60,045 bases of DNA, filler included, from Sphacelaria rigidula (GCA_964200075.2; 10 parts of 10 records of this genome joined end to end with filler, not necessarily neighbours in it); one strand, 5' to 3'; positions 12,031 through 25,109 are shown, numbered from the whole stretch's first letter. Made by a program: numbers and translations. Notes: generated by a model not told the origin, from the sequence alone.

Positions 12031-14059
12031 GAGTGCGAGCCTGGTCCGGCGAAAACTCGACGTGCTCCGTCCCCGGCTTTGTAGGGGTGCGAGGTCAATG
12101 GTCTTATGGCTATGGCATGCATGATCATGAGTACGCCCGCCTCCTTCAATGTATCTGTATGCCTCCGTCTTTACATGGACATTTTCGATTCAGGATTCCT
12201 TTTGAGCTTCCAATATTGTCGCTTTTGGTGTGATCGCACTTACCCCCGTCAGTACGTTAGTGAAGGTTTGCAGTATATAAGTCGTTTCCGCTACGCAGTG
12301 AAGAAGTGACAAGGCAGCACCACAAGAAACAAGGCGGTGGTGGAACCGGTCGAGGCATGTCGGGACTACTGCCCTCGAATCCATGCCTGATAACAATCAC
12401 GCACTGCCAGACGGCCGTCTACGTTTCAGCCAGACTCTCCCATCTGAGAAAACGTATGCATGCATTCGATACGGACATTGTTGCTTAACCCTTGCCTTCT
12501 TTCGGAGACGTTTCTACCGCGGACCTTGGAACGCCGGTTAACCCGGCGCCGTTTCTGACTGCTCACCTCTAGTTGCGCGTACCGCTTCCGATGATAACAT
12601 ACCGAGTTTTCCGTAATCCCCAATCCCCTCAGTTGCGTACTGTACTGTTTACCCGGAGAACTCGTTGATGGCGTCTTTGCTGTGGTCGGTCGACGGCGGA
12701 TCTGTGCCATCTCGTGCCCGGAGGGTAAATCTTGAGCTCGTGCTTGGAAAAGATGTGGGTTGGATATCTGGCTGTTGGCGCATACGATGAAGTCGTGACG
12801 ATTTTGTTCTGGGTGGACCCGAGTTTAAACTGTAGGTCTGCTGTGCAAGACGATGGCGGAAATGTTCGCGTGGGCTAGTTGCAGGATAACCTGTCGCTCT
12901 TCTGCCCTGCTGCCGCCTGATGTCTCTACCAATTATATGTTGCCGTCTTCCGAGTAAGCATACGTGTAGTGTTTCGATACTTGTATTCCGACAAAATGAT
13001 GAATAGGCGGGAAATGTCTTACTTGCACGGGAATGCCTTTACTCGTACCGGTGTGCGTCGTGGTGCTGTGTTTTTTTCCTCCCGTATTCTGCAAAATAAA
13101 CAGGTTTTATTTCACACCTGAGAATAAAACAAACCCAACGCCAGACTATTTGCAGTATGAAGATGAGTACACTGAAACGACGGACGCCTCATTTACACTG
13201 CACCCTTCACTTGAACGGGAAAATGCACGTTCACAGGAGTCGTGAGATTTCTGTATACTCTCCCCTGTGATCTAACCGGCAATTATTTTCCCTTCTTCCA
13301 TTGTGAACCTTGTGAACGATGGGTGTCAGAATAACAAACTGGGGAACAGCAAGCGCACCCCCGAAACACCTATTTCGTCGTTCTGAGCTCTCGTGTTTCC
13401 CAAGGGTTACCGTAGAAGACGGTGTATATCATCCCCCACGAGGTAATATGCTTGGGCTATTTTTCGGCACCACACCAGCACCTATATCACCATACCGGAA
13501 TACGTGGTATATCACCCCCATACATGCAATCCCTGTGTGATGATGTTTTGGGCCGAAAAAGTCATCAGCCGGGGTTACATTCACCTTATTTTATGGATGA
13601 TCGCCCAAATCACGAATATATCCATTGACATTCAGCGCATGATAATAAGAGTGACTCCGCTATGGGATGTTTATCACTTGCTTTCGGTTCACCAGTTTTA
13701 CCCCCATACCCCATATATATATATATACATATATATATACTTCGAAGTATATGTATATATTTATATCCCCCGTGACGACATTTCGGGCGCAAACGTTCAT
13801 TACCTACAGGTGGTATTCACCGTACTTGATTGTGTTCCTTGGGCCCTTGGGATCAAGTCCATTCAAGCAAGTCAAGACTTGAAAAAATAAGGATGAAATG
13901 GTTGATGTTACTCCCTTTTTGGCGTGGAAAGAAAGGAGGAGCATGTGTGTGACCCGCAATTGTTTTGGTTTGCTGAGTGCTGAATGGGGAACAACGTCTT
14001 TTCTGTGTTCTTACTGACGTGTTTAGATGGCGTCTAAAAATATCGATTGATGGACACAG

Positions 14060-14185
14060 GTTCCTCATTTGGACGGGAGGGCAGCGAGCAAGCGATCACT
14101 ACAACTTCGCGGCATAACGGGTGCTTTGAAGATGGCTACGGCCACCCTCGGAGACCTTCTCAGGAAGTTTTTGGGCATGGACGCG
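14060..14185 (+). CDS. Probable internal exon (VPHLDGRAASKRSLQLRGITGALKMATATLGDLLRKFLGMDA)
   Basis: CACAG acceptor, consensus GTGAGT donor, 126 nt, open, phase 0 at both ends and in phase with exon 15233-15319. Confidence 0.55.
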
Positions 14186-15232
14186 GTGAGTTAGTTCAGG
14201 TGCCCATTTTTTGCTCCGTCCACGCACAGCATCCATAACTCACTGTGGACTCGGAAATGAAGAATGTGCCCTGGACTGTTTCACATACTGTTTTACAGAC
14301 TGTTCCACAGACTGTTCCACCGATTCCGATTACTGTGGCGTTCATCCACGCCTTCATATGGTACATTTATCGACTCCGCGTAGACTAGTTGAATGAATTG
14401 TAGAAACTCATGTTGCGGTGGGATCTATGTTCGGTTCACCGGCTTTTTTCGTGGGAAGAAAACGCCATCAGACGACGATTCTGTCTCCTCAAAAATGGGC
14501 AGCTCTCATGCCGCTGAACATTGTATTACAGCAAACGTTCTGAGCAATCCTTGGTGCACGTGATTTGAATTTGGAGTCCACAACCTTCAAACCTTGATGA
14601 GATCCGACTAATATAAAACGCAACATCTCCTGCGAATTTTGGTGGTTTGCACACGAAGATCGTAACAATGTCGACCAAAAAAGCCCAAATGCGCTGAAAA
14701 TCTCTCCAAAACAGTGAAGTTTGCAATTCCGTGGAGATACAATCCGCCTGGCAGATTGTTCACGTCATTAGTCATCTCGTGCTTGCTGAACGACTTCTCA
14801 CGCATAGAATTCCGGATGGTCGGTCAATGATTATTGATTATCGCACTCTCACTGATCCCCTAGATATTTCAGCTGTGGTATCAACCAATCAATGGTCGAT
14901 CGATATACGTAAAGCAATGTCTCTAGACGATTTACGAGGCACAATCCAGCGGGGAGATTTGTGCGGGTGAATCGCGCCGGCATCGTCACGAATTTTCCCG
15001 CAAGATGCTTACCTGGTTTTCAACTGTGGACAATTACGTAACCTTCCAACGCGGAAGAGCTACTGTTACAACGACAGCTAATATTACTGGTGTTGAGTCT
15101 ACACCCTTGTCTTGTGTGCACTTGAAGACTCGAACGTTTCAAAAAATGACACACAGAGGAATCGCGGAAAATAATGTTTGTTTTTACCGCTGCTCCTCTC
15201 GGTGGAATCGGCTGCTCGTGCATGCATTACAG

Positions 15233-15319
15233 CGGTATGTGTCGATCGTGGGATGCGACGAGAAGCAAGTGTCTCTTATGATGCTCACCAAGGACGGCTG
15301 CGATAGCTACTTCAGCAAG
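15233..15319 (+). CDS. Probable internal exon (RYVSIVGCDEKQVSLMMLTKDGCDSYFSK)
   Basis: TTACAG acceptor, AAG|GTGAGA donor, 87 nt, phase 0/0. Confidence 0.55.
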
Positions 15320-15360
15320 GTGAGACACACATGGCACATCCACGTGTATTTGTCAGTGTG

Positions 15361-15361
<1 letters not shown>

Positions 15362-15393
<32 letters not shown>
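15362..15393. repeat. (AGC)10 microsatellite
   Basis: Directly visible. Confidence 0.97.
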
Positions 15394-15395
<2 letters not shown>

Positions 15396-16542
15396 CTAGT
15401 ATTTGTGGTTGTAGTTGTAGTACTAGTGCTTGTAGATTTTTTTAGTGTAGTACTAGTTCTACAGTAGTTCCAGTTCTAGTACAAGCCAAGGTGATGCGGG
15501 AGGGGTCATACTCCAGGCATGTGATGCCAGTAAGGAAGAGGCGGAGAAATGTACGGTGGGGCGTGTACCGTTGACGTGTGCTTTAGGTCGGTCGCACGTG
15601 GGCTCCGAGTTCCTCCGCGTGGCTGTTTTGGCCGTTTGGGTGAAAATGTCGGTAGGGGCCAGTCCCGTTGCGCCGGGATGATTAATAATGGCGCGTGAGC
15701 GAGTGAGATGGAAGAAAATGTATGCAGCCGTGGTGAAAAGGCACCTGTCCCCGAGGTCAATGGACGGGAACACTCGCTAACGGGCAGTCGAGAGGAGGGA
15801 GAAACGGATGAAATGAGGAGCCGAAATCAGGCAGTGAACTTCATGCACTACAGGTTGAGGACGACAAGTCCTGGTCTGTGGGGGCAGATACTCGGTATCA
15901 GAAGATGGGGCAGTGAGGGGGTCACAAGGATGCAGACCGGGTGCGAAGAAGGCAGACCCATGGTCGGGGCTTCAAGAGCCGCAGCGAGTGACAACGAGGT
16001 TGGAACCCTGAGGGCTAGGGCTACTGCGACCGCCACCGCCGCTGCGGAGGTTGCATGGGCTGTACCGGCTGCCGGCGGAGGTGCCCATAATTATTCGCAC
16101 CGGACGCTGGGCGGTCGTAGTGACCCGATATCGCGAGAAAGAAGGGGATTCGTGGTGTAGCGGGCGCATGGACGCTCTCTCTTTGCCGGTTGCCCCCGTC
16201 GTGTTTTACCTCCTCGGAGGCGCTGGTCTGATGGATGGGTAAAGTGACCCCGCTTGTAGTATACTGAATCGGCGAGCGGAACCTCGAGATCGCCGAAATT
16301 GAGATGTCCACCTGCTTTGCTCTTCCGCGGCCTGGCGTGGAGTGTGCATTTGTGACGTCTTGGCCGGAGATGTCGTTGCACCTGCTCATGGGGAGAAAGC
16401 ACCACGAATCAGTGTGATGGTGAAGACGATGACGTTCTCGGGTTTTGTGGTTTCCCTGGTTTGGTTGACGTCTAAATCATGTGCTCAATATCTACAAATT
16501 ATTGCCATTTCGAGCTGTTCTTTGACTTTTGCTCATGTTTAG

Positions 16543-16752
16543 ATGCCCGTGTCTGCGATGGCGGATATTCGTTTCAATCAGTTTTCGACATCCACAGCAC
16601 GTGATAAATTTCTGAGACTAGTGCTCCTCTACTCGTGGTTTTTCGTCATGTTCCAGCACCCCTCGGAGTACCTCGGGGGATGGAGAAACCAAGCGTGCGC
16701 TAGGATTGGAGCCATGATTGGGCTTTACAGCCCCATCAAGGTCGTCGACAAG
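16543..16752 (+). CDS. Possible exon of the same gene or pseudogene (MPVSAMAD...YLGGWRNQACARIGAMIGLYSPIKVVDK)
   Basis: Pyrimidine tract plus TTTAG acceptor, AAG|GTGAAC donor, 210 nt open, phase 0/0. Confidence 0.4.
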
Positions 16753-17330
16753 GTGAACAATGAATCGGCGCAGTCCTGATTATTTGTGCAACATGATGTG
16801 TATATGATGTTTTGCTTTCAGCGCGCCAAGTACTGTCTTTGCCTTTGTAAGTTGGCGGTTGCCCGGTGGTTGCTCGTGAAAGCGTTCCATTATTTCCTCC
16901 GTAGCAGCACGTACTCACAGCGAGGCGTTTCGCAAGCGTCTTCACGCATTTTTCGAGCTTTGATAGTGTGTATGACGCAACTGAATGCGTATAGTGCGGT
17001 GTGCTACTTTTAGACGGCCGCGTTCATGTCGCCATCGCTCGTGTCATACCTGTGTATCTCGTCGACGCCATCCCTCGAACAAAGATAGAAGTGGTATTTG
17101 TAGGACAATGGAGGGGGCCGCTCGGAATTCACATTTGCATATCCGTATCAGAGATGAGTGTTGCAGTGTGCCAGAGAAGACCGCGATACTCTAAATGGCG
17201 TGGCATCAGCCGTGCCGACTATGGTGTGGGTCGGACGAGCCCAAAAACCCCCGGCCTCCCACAACCTGTTGCATTTAGTGAGCCTAGTCAGAAGAACTCC
17301 CATGTGTTGCCCATGAACAGATATCCCTAG

Positions 17331-17778
17331 AACACGGGATGTAGCAAGTTGGGAATGGATTGTTTATTGAGGATGAGAAACCCGGAGAATAAAAATCTTC
17401 GTATCCTCTCCAAATCTTCGAAATATGGTTCCATTTCTCCACTTACTGCTGGCTATTTACAACTACTACACGCCGTACAAATTTGGATCGGATAACCGAA
17501 ATGTTGTGATCCCAGATAAATAACCAATTTGGGGAAATCTCAGCGATCTGATCAGATCATCTAAATTCCTCAAAATCGTTTCTTTACCTGTAATAGGGTT
17601 CCCAACATGCCGGTTATCGGGATCCTGATTTTCATGCCGTGTAGTAGTTGTCGGTAGCTACCAGTAGGTGAAGGAGTGGACCTATATGTCGAAGATTTGG
17701 TGTGGATACGAAAATTTGAATCCTCCGGGTTCTCATCTTCAATAAAAAATCCATCCCCACTTTGTGAAATCCCGTGTT
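17331..17778. mobile_element. Long imperfect palindrome (arms about 175 bp), foldback/MITE-like
   Basis: 17331-17507 (AACACGGGAT..ATTGAGGATGAGAAACCCGGAG..CCAAATCTTCGA..ACAACTACTACACG..GATAACCG..ATGTTG) is the inverted counterpart of 17603-17778. Confidence 0.88.
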
Positions 17779-17892
17779 GTATGCCGGGAGTGTACGGGAA
17801 CACCAGTGTAACCAAACGTCTTGCCCGGTTAACAACGGAAGGAAATCACGGCTGGAGGACCTCCGGCATGGACACTACGACAAAAGCCATTA

Positions 17893-17945
17893 AACAGCCG
17901 ATCATCTATGTTGAGGATGGTGCTTTTCATTGAGGATGAGAACCC
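17893..17945 (+). repeat. Third arm-related unit of the 17331-17778 family, cut by the fragment end
   Basis: GATCATCTATGTTGAGGATGG..TTTTCATTGAGGATGAGAACCC is the reverse complement of 54153-54205. Confidence 0.85.
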
Positions 17946-18045
17946 NNNNNNNNNNNNNNNNNNNNNNNNNNNNNNNNNNNNNNNNNNNNTTAATTAATTA
18001 ANNNNNNNNNNNNNNNNNNNNNNNNNNNNNNNNNNNNNNNNNNNN
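17946..18045. other. Artificial fragment-joining spacer
   Basis: N44-TTAATTAATTAA-N44. Confidence 0.99.
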
Positions 18046-18156
18046 CGGCGGTACTGCATGTCACCAGGTTGGTCTACAGTTCACAGCGATTTGCTCAAGT
18101 CGCACTGATTCGGTAAACCTGACAAGTTGTGGTGTTCTCGGGAAATGTTCTCTGTA

Positions 18157-19109
18157 CAGCTGGACCAGCTCGTAGAGAGTTGAGAATGGCATGTACGGCG
18201 GAATTAGGGGGAAACACGGCTGAAATCGCATTTATGGTTACAGTCGGTTGTGCCGTGGCCGCGAAGTGATGGTGCTGCACTAGCTGTGGTTGTACAACCT
18301 TTCATGTCGTACTCTACGCGCGCAGGGTCTGAGGTGGCACGCAGACGAGACCTCCAGCGCCCCCAAGGCGTCGGCCTTGTAGAAAACGTCAAAGTTCGGG
18401 CTGAGGTTGTTGTAGTCTAAACGCAAGTGAACCGGTTCTCGACAGAAAAACGCGATTTCACTGCTCAATTTCAACTTGTTTTCCGTGAAATTTTGACACG
18501 ATATACAGTAGGTTTATGTCAAGCCCCCACCGTTTCCTCCTCTTTTGTTTTATTTTCCCCTCGTGGGTCATTGGTGATCTCAATTTCGGAACAGTTATTC
18601 CAGTACAAAAGCGTCGACAACTCATTAAAAAAAACAAAATGTCAAGGGAGGACAGTAGGGAATTCACAATATACCTCATACGCGTCGTGTCGGAATTTCG
18701 TGAAAAAATACGTGAAATTGAACAGCCTAATCGCGTTTCATTTTTTCGTGGCTGGTCCATCTCCACATAGGAACCAGTCTTGAACACTAACACGCGATTT
18801 AGCAACTTAATTGCAAGTCGTTTTCTATGAAATTTTGACATGATGTGCAGGATGTATGTGCAAAGACGCCACCTTTTCCAACCGTACATTTTGTTTTTTT
18901 CCCCGTAAGTTATCGGCGACCAAACATTTCAGATTAGTTGTTCGGAACAAAAACGTGAAAATCTAAAAAAAAAAAATGTAGGGTGGAAAAGGTGGCGTCT
19001 TCACACATACATCCTGTACATCGTGTCACAATTTCATAGAAAACGACCTGAAACTAGCTGCTAAATCGCGTGTTCACATCCCTGTCCGCGTCTTGCGCGG
19101 CCCAGCCTG
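18157..19109. mobile_element. Tc1/mariner-type non-autonomous element, copy 2
   Basis: TA|CAGCTGG...CCCAGCCTG|TA with TA on both sides. Colinear with 8492-9419 including both internal hairpins. Confidence 0.85.
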
Positions 19110-19824
19110 TAGTCTATGAAACAAAACTGGGGATTTATACACCCGAGGCCATCATTTATCCTGCGTGCAGACGCTGGTGGTGGTCATCATTTGCATTTTG
19201 CGCTTGTGCCACCTGCAGTAAACCAACACGTAAATAAGCCCGTCGAGGAACAGGATGGATGGTGTGGCAACACACACACGCACACGCACACGCACTGTAG
19301 CTACTGGTATAATAGGGATCAAAACGATGGGCTTATCAACCCTTACTTCAGCTGATCGCCGCTTGGTACAGTACAGTAGTCGTGTCGCAAGCGGTGCAAT
19401 GCGTGCAGCAGACGGTTTGTGCCATAACGCACACAACAAAGTTCAGGTGACAGTTAGTTGTGCGGTAGCAACCGTCTGAGCACGCAGAATACTACAGAGT
19501 CCGCAATCGGTGGCGGGCACGACGAGCATGAAACAAAACGAGCAGTCAATGCAGCTAGCAGGGGCGACATCGTGCTATTTTACGGTAGTAACGCTGCCGG
19601 CAAGAAAGCACTGTACTGTCTGTACTGTCTGTCTCCGGTCCTACGGCCATGAAGATGATGCACGGAGTGCTGCAGCAGCTTGCTGTTGCCACGGTACTGT
19701 ACATACAGTATGGACAACTACTTTTGCACTGACTGTACTACGCTTGTATGCGAGGAGTGTGTGATGGGGCACTGACTGTACCATTGCGGGTGCGGTGTGC
19801 GAGGAATGTGTGATGGGATGACAA

Positions 19825-20023
19825 TTCCCAGACATAGAAAAGTCTCCGCGATGGCTTTTCGCAGAGAGATTTGGCAAAATCCCGCTGTCTGCAAATTGTG
19901 GCCAGTTTTTAGAGACCTTTTTCATGAAAAATGGCCCTGTAAGGTCGCGTTCTGAAAAAAGTCTCTGGAGACTGACCAAAATTACGTTTCTCAGATACTT
20001 TTTTGAGTCTATGAGAAGCGGCC
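19825..20023 (-). mobile_element. GGCC-terminus MITE-like repeat, copy 2
   Basis: Inverted homolog of 11767-11930. Ends GAGTCTATGAGAAGCGGCC|TTA. Confidence 0.8.
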
Positions 20024-20551
20024 TTATCGATTGATTGATTGATAGATTGTCGCACTTTAACTTACTCAATCTATCGGCGAAATAGGTTATACAAGGGTAC
20101 CCGATATGATGCTTGACGCCCACACAAGAGGGGACGCACAAGGGGTTTGTGACTGCTGTGTTCTTGATGTGCGGTTTTGACCCGCGGTGAGCGAGACCCA
20201 CGCGCCTTCGGCCGCAGCTACAGCCTCAGCAGCAGTCGCTTTCGACACCAGTCAGCACCTATACCAAACACAAGCCGTTTTCGACCACGGCCAGCACCGA
20301 CGCTGACAACCCCTCCCGGAAACCGGAGTCAACCAGACCCGATCAAGTTCACCGATGATGGGTCGAACAAAAGTGCACATGACCCTGTCCACGATACTGT
20401 CGACACCGATACTGCCGGTCTTTGGCAGGGGCCTGTCGCAGCCCAATTCAAGAGGTCAGGCGTTCTACTGGCATTTCTTCTGGAAGGCGATTCAACTTAT
20501 ATTAATAGATAAAATGCCAATGATGATGCGTGCCTGTTTGTGTGCGCGCGC

Positions 20552-20891
20552 GTGTGTGTGTGTATGTAGTCAGCCCATCTATTCTGGACGCCAGTCCACA
20601 CTTTTCCGATATATGTGGACGCATCAACCCCAGGGTTTTTATTATTTTGTTTTATTACTCCAACTTCCTTATGCGGTGCTTGCCTCTCTTTTTTTTCGCG
20701 AGAAGGGGTCGGCGGTCCCTCTCCCTCGTCGGTCGTGAAGTCGAATTTCGTATACCCTCGACATGGTTGATCTCCACTGTTGGGCATGATGTGAAAGAAT
20801 ACCAGATCGTGTGACTTCACCGAGATTTACGCCCACAATCCAACGGTCAGAAAGTTTCGAGGTTAGCAAGTGAGCCACCGGGGTGACCGGC
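20552..20891 (-). mobile_element. tRNA-derived SINE family A, near full length
   Basis: Minus-strand head GCCGGTCACCCCGGTGGCTCACTTGC with degenerate A/B boxes, shared body and (CA)n tail. Confidence 0.9.
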
Positions 20892-22594
20892 TGAACCGGG
20901 GCACCTACTTTTTCGCATACCGACAGTGAGCACAAGATACACACAGGTTCTTGTGGTGCCTACACAATACTACTGCTATCTGCACTTCATAGGGTTGGGG
21001 ACTGGCGCTACGCGCCAGTACCAGGTAAACTGGCTGCGGAGAGCAGCCAGTTTACTGGGTCCTATCAGGACATTGCTGTCGCAGTGCAGCCGCGACCACG
21101 GCCCCCCCACTCTGGGTATACTAACAACTATTTGAAGAAGAAACGTTTTCACACCCGGGCAGGCATCATCGAAGTGGCCCAAAATCACCTAAAAAATGTC
21201 TTCTAGTGCGCGTAAAATCACCTAAAAAATAGGTGTTAGTATACCCAGAGGAAAACGTCAACAATCGTGATTCGCTGGAGGCTGCGGCGGGTTCAGGGAT
21301 CTAAGGCCCCGGGCTCGGGTCTGAAGCGGGCGGGCTGCTGCTGCCAGTGACATATTCGTCCATCGATTTTGTGGTCTCCCTCTAGTGTGTGTGTGTCCTG
21401 TTCTCGACCTCTATCCTCTCCTGCCTCTCATGCGGCGCAGTTTCGGTGGGTTTTTATGTGATTAAGGAGGCATGATACAGGACGTACGTAAGATGGGTAT
21501 GTATTGGCTGTACTGGCAGCCTCTGACGCAGTACAGAAATACTGTCAGTAGATACCGGTCCAGTTCCCAACCCTAGCACTTCACCCCACATGAGTATTAC
21601 TTCGCGGAGCTGGTACTTTAGCTGGAGAAATCAGCATACATGCCAGCGTGGTATAGATCCCGACCATTACAGCAAGTACTGGTGTGACACGGTGATGCGT
21701 ACGACATACAGACGAGAATGTCACAGGAGACTCGATCACACATATGAGGTGATATTGGATATCCATATATTTGTTATGTGTTTTCCCCCCTTTTGTTTTG
21801 GGTCGGCCGTTTCTTTCTGTGCCTTGCTTGTGTTGACTTTCTTATTACTCTTTTCTTTGTTACGAATTAGTCTGCTATGTCGTTGTGTTCGACGTTTTTT
21901 TTCCCCCCGTTCCTTCTTTTCTTCAGAGCGTGTTTGAGTTTTGTTTTTGTTGGATACGTCTATCATGACACTACGGCTGAACCCCTGGGGGTCACTTAAA
22001 GTGCGACAATCAATCAATAACATAATTCGAATTTCACTTGGCAAATTTGGTTTCTGCTCCGGGTAAAAGAATCGACCAACCGGTTTTCGCGACTCGCTTT
22101 TTGCTACATTTTTCGTTTTTTGGGGGAAAACTGTGTCAAACAGAAACCAAACGCATCTTGCTCCGAGGCTCACCTGAACACAGCAGTTGCTGCTGCCCAC
22201 CTAGTATCATCCTCCAAATCGAGGTCTTGAGTGAGAACGCCCAGCGTGCAGCTGCTTGACGCGACCACTCCGTTCTGCTACGAACCCTTTCCCACGTACC
22301 CGACAACGGTGCCGTACAGACAGTAGCAATTCTAGCGGATCCTACGTCCTGACAGTCTGGCAGTCAGTAAAGTGGTTATGATGATGTCCTTCCAGTGGTA
22401 TCAACTCACAGTGCACTGGAGCAGAGTTTGCAGGTGAAAATTTCGGCGTTTGCCTCACCTGCAGTTCGCCCAGATGTTGCGGATTTTTTCACGATCTCAC
22501 TGAGTAACATTACAAACACGTGAAAATTAAACAGACCGTGGACAACGAATTCTACAGTCGTACGGACACGATGTTGAAAGTGCACTGCGCACAA

Positions 22595-22804
22595 TGTGGT
22601 GTGTGTGTTATCGTCCCATCTATTCTGGAACGGTCTACACCTGTCGGTGTATGTGGACGCACTAGCTAGGGTCACGCAGGAGGAGGGCCAACACAGGAGT
22701 TTTTCTTCCTTGCTTATTTTAGTTCCCCACCTCCCTTCTGCGGTGCTTGCCTTTTCTTTTTTATCGCGAGGGGGGTTCAGTAGTCCCTTTCCCTCGTCGA
22801 CCGT
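22595..22804 (-). mobile_element. SINE family A, 5'-truncated copy
   Basis: CGTCCCATCTATTCTGGA..CAGGAGGAGGG..CCACCTCCCTTCTGCGGTGCTTGCC..CCCTTTCCCTCGTCGACCG. Confidence 0.9.
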
Positions 22805-23435
22805 TGGGTCAATTTGTTTTGCACAGTACAAAATGTGTTGCCGACTGTAATTTGTATTACTCGTACTTGAAGTCGGTAACTGCAACGCTACACTTCGAGA
22901 CAACAGTGTGTAAAAATCTCCACGGTGTGGAATGTTACAGGTGGCTTTCGCGCCATAGCGGCCGTGTTGCCATACAGCTTCGCCCAGGATACAGGCAGCC
23001 ATTACAGCGGCGGAGGTGGCCTTTCACTCCTGCGTGCGCCAAATGGGACAAACGCACGCTGTAGCTGCAACACGGACAGCTTTACAAAATGTGGCGTAGT
23101 GACATAGCGCCTAGCGAGGGGTGATATCCCGTGTACACATTGGCCGCAGGTACAAGCGGCTGCGGTCATGATGTGGCAAACTGCATATGACAGTGGTAAA
23201 TCAATGCAGGACAGGGGTAGGCTAACGATGTGACACCCTGCGGTGTATTTGACCACCCTGCACCCCGCCACTGTCCAGTGAGCAGGTAGTACCGCCAAAG
23301 GCGTCACGCTCCGGTTGGTACGCAGTGTACGCGGTGTCGAACACAGCAGCAAGCAGCATATTTTGTGTACATGGATGTGTGTTCTAAGACCGATGCACAC
23401 ACACAGCAAGCACTATCGCCATCATCCATCGATCA

Positions 23436-23567
23436 GGGCGGTAACCCCCCCTCCTCGAATAGGGTACCCAGGGGTCCCCCCCCCTCACCTCCCACGGCCC
23501 CAGAATGAGATTTGGGCGACCTGGGGGGGGGAGGTGCCGTCATTCCCCGACATGGGGCCCCTCGGCC
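23436..23567. repeat. Short GC-rich interspersed repeat, inverted homolog of 35359-35507
   Basis: Reverse complement GGGGCCCCATGTCGGGGAA..GCACC..CCCCCAGGTCGC..CTCATTCTGGGG aligns with GGGGCCTATATCGGGGAA..GCACC..CCCCCAGGCCGC..CTCATTTTGGGG. Confidence 0.7.
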
Positions 23568-23960
23568 CAGCGTGCATCTGCTTGACGCTTGACGCTGTCT
23601 CATATCTGCCCGAGAAACAGCAGTTGGCAACTCGTAGTTTACGGCATACCGGGAAGCAAGTCCTGTACGTGTACCTGAAAACAGGCGTGGTAGTGGCTGG
23701 GGCTAATGCGGGACGACCTAGTAGGAGTTTGCCGAGAAACGGCTCGCGTCTCAGCGCCGGCTTGCTGCGGGCCCTTGCGAATGAAGGGCGACGGCGATGA
23801 CATGTTCATGCTTCAGTCCAACTTTACGCTTCTGTGCAACGACACATCACCATACCCCGGGTGCGTGCGGCAGACCTTCATTTTAGAGCCACTTCTAACA
23901 AGGGTCCACGGTTAGGACGAATCATCACGACTCAAAATCACCGAAATCTCGATTTCTTTG

Positions 23961-24060
23961 NNNNNNNNNNNNNNNNNNNNNNNNNNNNNNNNNNNNNNNN
24001 NNNNTTAATTAATTAANNNNNNNNNNNNNNNNNNNNNNNNNNNNNNNNNNNNNNNNNNNN
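23961..24060. other. Artificial fragment-joining spacer
   Basis: N44-TTAATTAATTAA-N44. Confidence 0.99.
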
Positions 24061-25109
24061 ACGCTTCGTCATAGGTAGCTGTATATTTTTAGAGAGGTAT
24101 ATGGACTGCCGTGCTTGCTGTGACAACAGCAGGTCTCTTTTTGCTACTACTGTTCTCTCTATACCTTGGACGGATAATTATTCGTCTGAAAATTAGTTGC
24201 TCTTAGTGTACTTGATTCGTACCATACGAATCAATCCTTGGGCTATGTGTTCTGCGTTGCACCCCAGGTACGCGCACCCCAGGCACATGGGAAAGCGCAG
24301 AATTTGCGTAGAGACGTTTTCGTCCCGCCGTCAACTTGTTCTCTCTTTCAAGCAATCAGGCCTCAGATATCGTAGATATGTATGGTCATTTGCACCCGAA
24401 TTATTTTCGGGAAGGGATACAGCAGTAGTTACAACTGGCTACACGCACAGAGGGACATGCGTGCGTTGTTTGTCCGCGAGCCGTATGCAAGCGCACGACT
24501 TCCGCATGATAATAGTACGTCTCCGTATATTGTTGTTGATGTTTTCATTTCATGCCACCCCGATAGTATTCTTCAGGTATTTCGGACGAGTACTCGACAA
24601 CAATGTCAGTCCCAGTCCTGCGAACCCAACATGCTTTATGGTTCTGTCCAGAACCCACAGTACTTCTTGATTCTGTCCATAGGAATCTTGTAGCCACGAG
24701 AAAGATTATTCGGGTTGTCGGCTACAACGATGTCTGCAAGCCTTTGAAGTTGCGGTCCTATGTGTAGCTCCGAGGTCAAGGGTGTCGCACCCAATATCAT
24801 CATCACATTCTATGTGCTTTACTGGTTTCTGGGCTATCGTTTTCTCTAAGGCGAGGTGCGAGGCTACTCACTCGCCTCCCGCCTCACTCCGGTGTTCATG
24901 TACACTTCAATGTCAACCTCTCCCAAACGCTGTCTGCGGAGAGACGAGGGCTCATAAACCTCCGGCAGTCACCTATCGTGGACAATCCTCAAAAAAGGGG
25001 CCATCATATAGAGAGAACAGTAGTAGCAAAAAGAGACCTGCTGTTGTCACAGCAAGCACGGCAGTCCATATACCTCTCTAAAAATATACAGCTACCTATG
25101 ACGAAGCGT
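24061..25109. mobile_element. Young TIR element: perfect inverted repeats of at least 103 bp around an 843-bp core
   Basis: 24061-24163 is the exact reverse complement of 25007-25109. The left arm runs into the fragment boundary, so the true termini and TSD are not visible. Confidence 0.85.

Noticed and set aside
12426..13020. Coding-like minus-strand stretch
   Set aside because: It needs several frameshifts and stops and shows no recognisable motif, so no call is supportable.
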